Source: Candidatus Eiseniibacteriota bacterium
GTDB lineage: Bacteria; Eisenbacteria; RBG-16-71-46; CAZAMP01
Length of the DNA: 64,000 nucleotides
NCBI GenBank assembly: GCA_965224245.1
Contig: OZ245046.1
Location: 3,136,001-3,200,000 of the forward strand
Direction of reading: 5' to 3'
Below the pieces are notes generated by a model. That model was not told the origin of the DNA. It did not search any database and saw only the letters and a program-made list of their open reading frames with translations. This document shows positions 38,037 through 46,608 of this stretch, piece by piece (the stretch's first letter is position 1; each line of letters begins with the position of its first letter). A program made the translations under genes and the position numbers.

Positions 38037-39598
38037 AGACAGACACGTCCCTGATGATCGCTCTGTTGCTGCCGTTCGCCGTCCTCCTGGGCTGCGGCGG
38101 CGGAGAGAGCGGAAGCGACGACGAGAGCGCCGCGACCACCGAGAGCTCGGAGGTCACGGTGACGATGTGCGAGCACGACATGTCCGAGGCTCGCTGCCCG
38201 TTCTGCAATCCCGAGCTGGTCGAGTCGATGGGTGCGTGCGCCGGACACGGCGGCATCCCCGAGGCCTACTGCTACCAGTGCACCCCCGCGCTCATCCCCG
38301 CCTTCAAGGCGGTCGGCGACTGGTGCGCCGGGCACGATCGCCCCGAGTCGCAGTGCTACATCTGCAATCCCGAGCTCGATCCCGCCCGGAAATCCGGTGA
38401 CGCACCCCCTGACCCGGGCGCGACCCTGCTGGAGGGCGTGACCGATCCTCCGGCCTCCAGCGGCGCCTTCGCGTCCCGGACCGAGCGACCGCCGGTCGTG
38501 CACTGCTCGACGCAGGGGCTCCTCGTGCGCCTCGAGAGCACGGACGTCGTCCGGCAGGCGGGCCTCGAGCTCGCGACCGCCGACGTGCGACCGATCAGCA
38601 AGACGATCGAGTGCAACGCGGAGATCGCGTACGACGGCCTGCGCCACGCCCAGCTCGCCTCGCTGGTGCCCGGAATCGTCTCCGAGGTCCTGCACGACCT
38701 CGGCGACCCGGTCGCGGCCGGTGAAGCGCTCCTGACGATCACCTCCCCACACCTGGGCGCCGCCAAGGCGGCGTACCTCCAGGCTGGAGCCAAGGTGCAG
38801 CTCTGGGAGCGCAACCACGCCCGGGAGGCGGATCTCTTCGAACGGGGCGTGTCGACCGAGAAGGACCTCCTGGAGGCGGAGAGTCATCTCGCGGAGAGTC
38901 GGATCGCGCTCTCCGAGACGGAGCAGACACTGCTCGTCCTCGGCCTCACGAGCACGGAGATCGAAGCCGTTCGGCGAAACGAGGACACGACCGGCCGCTA
39001 CGTCGTCACCGCACCCTTCGATGCGATCGTCGTGGATCGGCTCGCGACGATCGGCGAGGTCGTCGACGGATCGAAGACCCTCATGTCGATCGCCGACGTC
39101 TCGAGCATGTGGGCGCTGATCGACGTCTACGAATCCGACCTCCGCGACGTGCGCGTCGGGCAGCCCGTGGTCCTGAGTGTCGAGGGGCTTCCGGGCGAGC
39201 CGGTCGCGGGACGCATCACCTGGGTCAGCTCGCGTGTCGATCCGCGCACGCGAACCCTGCGGGCCCGAGCGGAGCTCGCCAACTCCGCGGGTATCCTCCG
39301 CGCGAACATGTTTGCGCGCGCGAGCATCGCGGTACGGAAGAGCACACCCAGCCTGGTGGTTCCGGCGGCGGCGGTGCAGTGGGAGGGCTGCTGCAACGTC
39401 GTCTTCGTGCGGAGGTCGGAGGCGGTGTTCGAGCCGCGGAAGGTCCACCTCGGCATCTCGACCGGCAGGCTGTACGAGGTGCTGGCCGGCCTCCAAACAG
39501 GCGAGGAGATCGTGACGGAAGGGAGCTTTCTCTTGAAGACCGAGATCCTGAAGGGAAGCATCGGAGCCGGTTGCTGCGAGGTGGACCCCGGAGCCTGA
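38033..39598 (+). CDS. RND periplasmic adaptor (CzcB/CusB-like) lipoprotein with Cys/His repeats
   Basis: LLGC lipobox; three CxxH-x5/6-CxxC units; APFDAIV, VDPRTRT, LRANMF. Confidence 0.9.
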   Translation: MKTDTSLMIALLLPFAVLLGCGGGESGSDDESAATTESSEVTVTMCEHDMSEARCPFCNPELVESMGACAGHGGIPEAYCYQCTPALIPAFKAVGDWCAGHDRPESQCYICNPELDPARKSGDAPPDPGATLLEGVTDPPASSGAFASRTERPPVVHCSTQGLLVRLESTDVVRQAGLELATADVRPISKTIECNAEIAYDGLRHAQLASLVPGIVSEVLHDLGDPVAAGEALLTITSPHLGAAKAAYLQAGAKVQLWERNHAREADLFERGVSTEKDLLEAESHLAESRIALSETEQTLLVLGLTSTEIEAVRRNEDTTGRYVVTAPFDAIVVDRLATIGEVVDGSKTLMSIADVSSMWALIDVYESDLRDVRVGQPVVLSVEGLPGEPVAGRITWVSSRVDPRTRTLRARAELANSAGILRANMFARASIAVRKSTPSLVVPAAAVQWEGCCNVVFVRRSEAVFEPRKVHLGISTGRLYEVLAGLQTGEEIVTEGSFLLKTEILKGSIGAGCCEVDPGA

Positions 39599-39611
39599 TC
39601 GGAGGAAGCGC

Positions 39612-42600
39612 TTGCTCAACGCCGTCATCACGTGGTCCTTGAGCCACCGGCTCCTCGTCGTCGCGTTCACGCTCATCCTGATCGCGACCGGGCTCGGTAC
39701 CCTGCTGCGCCTTCCGATCGATGCCTTTCCGGACACCACGCCCGTCCAGGTGCAGATCAACACCACGGCGCCCGCGCTCTCCCCCGTCGAGATCGAGCAG
39801 CAGATCACGTTTCCCGTCGAGCAATCCATCGCGGGTCTTCCCGACCTGGACGAGGTTCGCTCGATCTCCAAGTTCGGCCTCTCACAGGTCACCGTCACCT
39901 TCGAGGACGGAACGGACATCTACTTCGCCCGGCAGCTGGTCATGGAGCGGCTCCAGACCGTGGAGCTACCCGAGGGGATCGACCCGCCGAGCATGGGCCC
40001 CGTGGCCACCGGTCTCGGGGAGATCTACCACTACCTCGTGACGAGTCCGAGCCACTCACTGGCGGAGCTGACCACCCTCCACGACTGGGTGATCAAACCG
40101 CGCCTGCGCTCGGTGCCCGGCGTCGCGGAGGTGAATACCTGGGGTGGCGAACGCAAGCAGTACCACGTACTGGCCGACCCCGCGCGGCTGGTGAAGTACG
40201 ACCTCACGATGGACGACGTCTTCCGGGCGCTCGAGACGAACAACCTCAACGTGGGCGGTGGGTACATCGTGCAGGCAGGTGAGCTACACCTGGTCCAGGG
40301 GATCAGCCTCACCACCAACCTCGAGGAGATCCGGAACGTGGTCATCGCCGCCCACGACGGCGTTCCGATCCGGGTCCAGGACGTCGGTCAGGTTCGGGAG
40401 GGGCATGAGATCCGGCGCGGCGCCGCCACCGCCAACGGGACCGGAGAGGTGGTGCTGGGACTCGGCTTCATGCTGATGGGCGAGAACAGTCACGAGGTCA
40501 CCGAGCTCCTCGACGAACGGATGGCCGAGATCCGCGAGGCCCTGCCCGACGGCGTCGAGGTGACGCCGGTCTACGAGCGGACCGAGCTCGTGGACCACGT
40601 GCTCGACACCGTGCGCGAGAATCTCTTCGAGGGGGCTCTGCTCGTCGTCGGCGTGCTGTTCGCGTTCCTGGGCAACCTGCGCGCGGGATTGATCGTCGCG
40701 TCCGCGATTCCGCTCTCGATGCTCTTCGCGGCTCAGGGGATGATGTGGTTCGGGATCGCGGGAAGTCTCATGAGCCTCGGCGCCATCGACTTCGGTTTGA
40801 TCGTGGACAGCTCGGTGATCATGGTCGAGAACAGCGTCCGTCGGCTCGCCACCTCCGACCGCGCGACGCCGGTGCTCGACACCGTCCGTGACGCCGCGAT
40901 CGAGGTGCGAAAGCCGACGATGTACGGCGAGCTCATCATCGCGATCGTGTTCCTTCCCGTCCTCACGCTCGAGGGGATCGAGGGTAAGCTGTTCCGTCCG
41001 ATGGCCCTCACGCTGCTCTTTGCGCTGGGCGGGTCCCTCGTTCTCTCGCTGACGCTCATGCCCGTCCTCGCGAGCCTGTTCCTGAAGCGGCGAGAGCAGG
41101 AGAGAGAGAACCGCGTCGTCCGTGTCGCGAAGCGTGCCTACGCCCCGGTCGTCGCACTGGCGCTCCGACGGCCGCGCTCGGTCCTGGCCGGCGCCGCGGT
41201 GCTGCTCGTCGCCGGCGCATGCATGATCCCGTTCATCGGATCGGAGTTCATTCCGCGCCTCTCCGAGGGTGGGATCGTCATCAACACGGTGCGGCTCTCC
41301 GGCGTGTCCCTGGAGGAATCGGTTCGTTACGGAACCCAGATCGAGAAGGCGATTCTCGAGCGCTATCCACACGAGGTCGAGGACGTCTGGGTGCGAACGG
41401 GGACGGCCGAGGTCGCGACGGACCCGATGGGGATCGAGCTCTCAGACGTCTTCGTCACACTCCACCCCCGCGGCGACTGGACGCGCGCCAGCACCCAGGA
41501 TGAGCTGGTGGCACTGATGAGTGACGAGCTCTCCGGGCTCCCCGGCATGCGGCTCATCTTCACCCAGCCGATCGAGATGCGGGTCAACGAGATGATCGCC
41601 GGGATCCGGACAGATCTCGGGATCAAGATCTTCGGCGACGACCTGAACGCACTGCGCGGTATCGCCGCGCAGGTCGGCGAGATCATCGGCACCGTCCCCG
41701 GAAACGCGGACGCCTACGTCGAGCAGATCACCGGGCAGCCCGTTCTTCAGGTGCGCGTGAACCAGGCAGCCATTGCGCGACACGGCGTCTCCGCACAGCA
41801 CGTCCTCGAGCTCGTCGAGGCGATCGGGGGTGTGACGGTGGGCGAGATCCGCGAGGGGCAGCGCCGCTTCGACCTCGTGGTGCGGCTCCCCGAGCAGTAC
41901 CGGAGCGACCCCGCCGCGGTCGCGCGGATCCTCGTTCCCACGGCGACCGGCGGACGCGTACCGCTGCACCGTCTGGCGGACATCGTCCACGCCGAGGGAC
42001 CGTCGACGATCACGCGTGAGTGGCAACGGCGACGCATCGTGGTCCAGTGCAACGTGAGAGGTCGCGACGTCGGGAGCTTCGTCGAGGAGGCCCGCCAGCG
42101 GATCGCCGAGGAGGTCGAGCTTCCGCGGGGCTACTTCGTGAGCTTCGCCGGCCAGTTCGAGCACATGGAGCGAGCCCGGCAGCGTCTCATGATCGTGGTG
42201 CCGGTCGCGCTCCTTCTCGTCTTCTTCCTGCTCTACTCCAGCACGGGGACCCTCCGGGACGCGCTGATCATCTTCACCGGAGCCCCGTTTGCCGCTCTTG
42301 GGGGCATGGTGACGCTGTGGGCGCGCGGCATGCCGTTCACGGTCTCGGCGGGCGTCGGCTTCGTGGCCGTGTCGGGCGTGGCCATGCTGGCCGGACTGGT
42401 TCTCGTCTCCACGATCACGCGTCACCTACGACGTGGAGTCGCGCTGACCGAGGCGATCGAGGAGAGCGCGCTGACCCGCCTCCGCCCGATCCTGATGACG
42501 ACCCTGGTCGCCGCGCTGGGCTTCGTGCCGATGGCCGTCAACACGGGCGTCGGCGCCGAGGTTCAGCGACCGCTCGCAACGGTGGTGATCGGTGGAGTCA

Positions 42601-42683
42601 TCACGGCCAACGCGTTGACGCTGGTGTTGCTGCCGGCCATCTACCGCTTGTTCGGCCGGGTGCCGCGCCCGATCGCTGCGTAG
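39612..42683 (+). CDS. CusA/CzcA family heavy-metal RND transporter
   Basis: DAFPDTTPVQV, SLGAIDFGLIVD, GKLFRPMA, RLRPILMT, GAEVQRPLATVVIGG. Confidence 0.93.
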   Translation: MLNAVITWSLSHRLLVVAFTLILIATGLGTLLRLPIDAFPDTTPVQVQINTTAPALSPVEIEQQITFPVEQSIAGLPDLDEVRSISKFGLSQVTVTFEDGTDIYFARQLVMERLQTVELPEGIDPPSMGPVATGLGEIYHYLVTSPSHSLAELTTLHDWVIKPRLRSVPGVAEVNTWGGERKQYHVLADPARLVKYDLTMDDVFRALETNNLNVGGGYIVQAGELHLVQGISLTTNLEEIRNVVIAAHDGVPIRVQDVGQVREGHEIRRGAATANGTGEVVLGLGFMLMGENSHEVTELLDERMAEIREALPDGVEVTPVYERTELVDHVLDTVRENLFEGALLVVGVLFAFLGNLRAGLIVASAIPLSMLFAAQGMMWFGIAGSLMSLGAIDFGLIVDSSVIMVENSVRRLATSDRATPVLDTVRDAAIEVRKPTMYGELIIAIVFLPVLTLEGIEGKLFRPMALTLLFALGGSLVLSLTLMPVLASLFLKRREQERENRVVRVAKRAYAPVVALALRRPRSVLAGAAVLLVAGACMIPFIGSEFIPRLSEGGIVINTVRLSGVSLEESVRYGTQIEKAILERYPHEVEDVWVRTGTAEVATDPMGIELSDVFVTLHPRGDWTRASTQDELVALMSDELSGLPGMRLIFTQPIEMRVNEMIAGIRTDLGIKIFGDDLNALRGIAAQVGEIIGTVPGNADAYVEQITGQPVLQVRVNQAAIARHGVSAQHVLELVEAIGGVTVGEIREGQRRFDLVVRLPEQYRSDPAAVARILVPTATGGRVPLHRLADIVHAEGPSTITREWQRRRIVVQCNVRGRDVGSFVEEARQRIAEEVELPRGYFVSFAGQFEHMERARQRLMIVVPVALLLVFFLLYSSTGTLRDALIIFTGAPFAALGGMVTLWARGMPFTVSAGVGFVAVSGVAMLAGLVLVSTITRHLRRGVALTEAIEESALTRLRPILMTTLVAALGFVPMAVNTGVGAEVQRPLATVVIGGVITANALTLVLLPAIYRLFGRVPRPIAA

Positions 42684-42732
42684 CGGGATCCCTCGCGTAC
42701 ACGCATCACTCGGCTGGCTGCGTTCGTCGACG

Positions 42733-45318
42733 TCAGTCGAGCACGATCTCCCGTGCCGGCTCGCGCAGGTTGTAGCGTGAGCTCATCACCGCGCCGTACG
42801 CGCCGGCGTTCTCGACGAGGAGCACGTCGCCGGGGCGAGTCTCCGGCAGCAGCCGATCGCGTCCGAGCACGTCACCGGTCTCGCAGATCGGGCCGACCAC
42901 GTGCGCATGGCCCCCCGGCGGCTCGTCGAGCCGGGTGAGGTTGTGTATCCCGTGCCAGGCTCCGTAGAGCGCCGGGCGGAGGAGCGAGTTCATGCCGGTC
43001 GCGACCCCGATGAACGTGGCGTTGCGCTTGCGTCGAACCTGCGTGACCGGTGCCAGAAGAACGCCCGCCTCGCTGACCAGGTAGCGCCCCGGCTCCAGAC
43101 GGAGCGACACCGATCCGATCTCGCGCCGCAACTCGCGCCGCACCTCCGCGAGGAGATGCTCCAGCTCCGGAAGCGCGAGCGACGGCTGCCCTGCGCGTTC
43201 GGGGACGCCGAGCCCACCGCCCGCGTTGATCCACCGGACGTCCGGGAACCGATCCAGGAACGCGGCGAGGCGGCGGCACGTCGTCGCCCACGCCGACGGG
43301 TCGAGGACGCCGCTCCCGACGTGTGCGTGGAGCCCCACGATGCGCGCCCCGGCGCGCGCGGCCGCCTCGGCGAGCGCGTCGACCTCCTCGATCGGATGTC
43401 CGAACTTGGAGCGGGCCCCCGCGGTACGGACCTTCTCGTGGTGACCGAGCCCCTTCCCGGGATCCAGGCGGACGCCGATCTCACGCCCGGCGAAGAGATC
43501 GCCCTGCCCCGAGAGGATCTCCGGGCCGTCGATCACCACCTCGACGCCGGCGTCGAACGCGGCGCGGACCTCGTCGACCGGACAGAAGTTGGGCGTGAAC
43601 GTGATCGGCGTGTCCGAGCCCACCACGTCGATCGCGCGCCGGACCTCGGCCGCCGAGACGCACTCGATCCCGAGCCCCGCCTCGGCGACCGCGGCGATCA
43701 CCGCGGGGTGCGCGTTCGCCTTCATCGAGTAGTAGGCCCGCTCGACCGACTCGAGTGTCCGGACGAGACTCTCCGCACGCGCGCGGACGGTCGGGAGGTC
43801 GTAGACGTAACGCGCCGCGCCGTCGGTCGCGAGTTCGAGGAGCGCGTCGCGCCGGCTCGCCCACCAGGGGCGTGACGGCGGTGGGGGCACGGTCCTCGCG
43901 CGGAGCTGCTCCCAGCTCGGGCCATGCCGGAGCCCGGTTCCGGTGGACGTGAAGAGGCAGTCGTGAAGCCGCGCGACCAGCGGTCGGGCATCCTCCTCGT
44001 CCACGACGAAGGAGAGATTCAGATCCGCCGACGAGTCGCTCAGCATGTGGACGCGCCGCTCCTGAAACACCTCGAGCGCCGGACCGATCTCGTGGAGCGC
44101 GGTCCGGATGCGGCGTCCGACGATCGAGACGACCGCGCACGGGTGGATCACCTTCACCTCGCCGATCTCCTGGAGCTCGGCCACGAGGGCGGCGAACGCG
44201 CTTCCGTGAACGCCACCAGGGATGCGGTCCAGCGTCACGCTGACGGCGGCCTGCGAGGTCGCGACCAGATCGATCGAGATGCCGAGCGCCTCGAACGGCG
44301 CGAACGCGCGGGCGAGAAACCCCGAGGCGCCCCACATCCGGATCGTCGATAGCGTGAGCATCGTGACGCCGAGCCGGCACGTCACGGCCATGACGGCGGG
44401 CTGATCGTCTGCGCCCCGATCGATCAGCGTCCCGTCCCCGTCGGGATCCTCGGCGCTGTGGATGCTGAGCGGGATCCCCGCACGCGCGACTGGCTCGATC
44501 GAGCGGGGATGGATGACCTTGGCGCCCATCGCGGCGATCTCCCGCGCCTCGCGGTATCCGATGCGCCGGACGAGTCGGGCGGACGGAACGAGCCGCGGGT
44601 CGGCGGTGAAGAGTCCGGGAACGTCCGTGTGGATCTCGAGCGACGACGCGTCCACGAGCGCGGCGAAGAGCGCAGCCGAGGTGTCGCTTCCGCCGCGGCC
44701 CAGGAGGCACGTGTCGCCCTGGGGCGTGCGCGCGATGAACCCCTGGGTGAGGACGACCTCGGCGTCGCCGGCCGCACGGTCCGCCGCCTCGACGTCCTGG
44801 CGAATCGGCACGGTCGCGCTCAGGAAGGAATCGTGCTCCTGGCGACGAGGCTCGGACTCGGCCTCGAGCAGCGTTCTCGCATCCAGCCAGCGGGTCGGGA
44901 TGCCCATCGCGTCGAGGGCCGCGGCGCCGAGGGTCGAGGAGGCCAGCTCTCCGATGGCCAGGATGCGCGCCCGGAGGCGGGGTGACGCCTCGCGCGTCGT
45001 GCGGATCCCGCCGAGGAGCGTGTCGAGCTCGTCGAACGACGCCTCCACGGAGGATCGCGGCGGGCTCTCGAGCGCGAGCGCGTCGGCCAGCGCCCGATGC
45101 GTCGCGCGGATCGACTCGGGGAGACTCGACGCCTCGCCGTCGGTCGCCTCGGCGATCGTATCCTCGAGCCGATCCGAGACGCCGGCGAGGGCGGAGACGA
45201 CGATCCAGACCCGATGGGTGGGCAGGTGGAGGCGAACCCGCGCGGCGATGTCGTGCCACCGGGAGGCGGTGGAGACCGAGGTGCCCCCGAACTTGAGCAC
45301 GATCCAGCGTCGATGCAT
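42733..45318 (-). CDS. lysAC: Bifunctional aspartate kinase / diaminopimelate decarboxylase
   Basis: VLKFGGTSV, LGRGGSDTSA, ACT-like region; YSMKAN, SKFG, HVGSG, EPGRYLV, GPICETGD, GAYG. Confidence 0.93.
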   Translation of the reverse strand: MHRRWIVLKFGGTSVSTASRWHDIAARVRLHLPTHRVWIVVSALAGVSDRLEDTIAEATDGEASSLPESIRATHRALADALALESPPRSSVEASFDELDTLLGGIRTTREASPRLRARILAIGELASSTLGAAALDAMGIPTRWLDARTLLEAESEPRRQEHDSFLSATVPIRQDVEAADRAAGDAEVVLTQGFIARTPQGDTCLLGRGGSDTSAALFAALVDASSLEIHTDVPGLFTADPRLVPSARLVRRIGYREAREIAAMGAKVIHPRSIEPVARAGIPLSIHSAEDPDGDGTLIDRGADDQPAVMAVTCRLGVTMLTLSTIRMWGASGFLARAFAPFEALGISIDLVATSQAAVSVTLDRIPGGVHGSAFAALVAELQEIGEVKVIHPCAVVSIVGRRIRTALHEIGPALEVFQERRVHMLSDSSADLNLSFVVDEEDARPLVARLHDCLFTSTGTGLRHGPSWEQLRARTVPPPPSRPWWASRRDALLELATDGAARYVYDLPTVRARAESLVRTLESVERAYYSMKANAHPAVIAAVAEAGLGIECVSAAEVRRAIDVVGSDTPITFTPNFCPVDEVRAAFDAGVEVVIDGPEILSGQGDLFAGREIGVRLDPGKGLGHHEKVRTAGARSKFGHPIEEVDALAEAAARAGARIVGLHAHVGSGVLDPSAWATTCRRLAAFLDRFPDVRWINAGGGLGVPERAGQPSLALPELEHLLAEVRRELRREIGSVSLRLEPGRYLVSEAGVLLAPVTQVRRKRNATFIGVATGMNSLLRPALYGAWHGIHNLTRLDEPPGGHAHVVGPICETGDVLGRDRLLPETRPGDVLLVENAGAYGAVMSSRYNLREPAREIVLD

Positions 45319-46073
45319 CGTCGTTCTCTCACGTGCTGTGATGAGCGACCGGGATCGGCATGCCGAGCCTGGTCCGGGCCGGCAACATCCGCCGCTTCAT
45401 TCGATGCTGGCAGGATACCCGGCATCTCCGGTGCGGCAAGAGAGGAGTGGCATTGCCCGTCGGGGGACGAGCACGGTCCACTCTGCGCCCGTAGCAGAGA
45501 GCTCTCGAAGCAGCGGTACCCCGAGCGCCGGCGCTCGACCTCACGCCGAACAGCGATGCGCCGTCGTGGGCGACCTCGCTCCGACGGCCCGCGACCTCGA
45601 TCGGATCGTCACTCACGCGCCACGACAGGCGGACCCGTGCCTGACGAGCCTCTTCCGCTCGCACGCCGGTCGTAACTGGACGGGGTGACGCCGAGCATTC
45701 TGGAAGGTCTTGGCTCTGGAAAGACGACGGACGGCTCAGGCACACGGCGAAGTCGAGTCAGCGCCAGAGAGCCTCTCTGCCACTGCGACTGACCCGACGT
45801 TGGGTCCGCTTTCCACGCAGCCCGCCTTCGTCTCCCCATCACGCTCGCATCGCCGTCAGCGCGCCCGCGTCTCTGCGGCTTGCCCCGCTCGAGTCCGGCC
45901 CCGTCCAGGACGCATCTCCTCCCCGTTCTCGACGACGCTGACGGAAGTCTCGGACATGGCGTCCGATCAGCCGCCCGCGTTGGACCCGCTCCGGTCGCGC
46001 TCCGGGGATTCACCTTCTCGCGGCGTGCTCCTTGCCTTCCCAGTCCACAGAGCAAATAATGGAACTAAGCAAC

Positions 46074-46090
46074 AGTTGCGATCGTCAACT
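46074..46090. promoter_or_regulatory. Putative MarR operator AGTTG-N7-CAACT
   Basis: Inverted repeat in an AT-rich patch just upstream of the MarR gene. Confidence 0.45.
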
Positions 46091-46111
46091 ATCTGAAAAG
46101 AGGGACTCGAC

Positions 46112-46582
46112 ATGAGGACTTCGGACATCCGGCTCTTCCGTCGGCTGCTCAGGACACTGTATCGGGCGACGGGCACGGTCGTGGGGGATTACACGTGCTG
46201 CGGGGTGACCCTCGCCCAGTGTCACGTCCTGCTGGACCTGGAGGAGGCCGGCACGACGGCGCCCGGCACCCTTGCGGCCCGCCTCGGACTGGACAAGAGC
46301 ACGGTGAGTCGGACCGTTGACGGCCTGGTGGGTATGGGGCTGGTCTCGCGCGATACCGATCCACACGACCGCCGGTATGCCCAGATCGCACTCACTCGGG
46401 CGGGCCGTCGCAAAGCCACTCGAATCCACCGGTCGAACGATGACGCGGTGAGAGCCATCTTCGATCTCATCGATCCGGATCGGCATCCGGACATCCTGGA
46501 GTCGGTTCGCACACTCGTGGATGCCATGGTCGAAGCTCGACGGCAGCAGGCAGAGCGGAAAGCGACCCCGGGCAGGAGGTAG
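46112..46582 (+). CDS. MarR family regulator with CC motif
   Basis: TCCGVTLAQCHVL, LDKSTVSRTVDGLV, DRR...LTRAG. Confidence 0.88.
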   Translation: MRTSDIRLFRRLLRTLYRATGTVVGDYTCCGVTLAQCHVLLDLEEAGTTAPGTLAARLGLDKSTVSRTVDGLVGMGLVSRDTDPHDRRYAQIALTRAGRRKATRIHRSNDDAVRAIFDLIDPDRHPDILESVRTLVDAMVEARRQQAERKATPGRR

Positions 46583-46608
46583 GAGAAACCGAAGAGAGAG
46601 GTTCGCTC

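Noticed and set aside
45225-45242. GGTGGAGGCG-AACCCGCG resembling the att core
   Set aside because: Needs a 10-bp gap and lies inside the intact lysC coding sequence; probably chance
45319-45520. Lysine riboswitch upstream of lysAC
   Set aside because: The expected conserved blocks were not recognisable by eye; needs a covariance search
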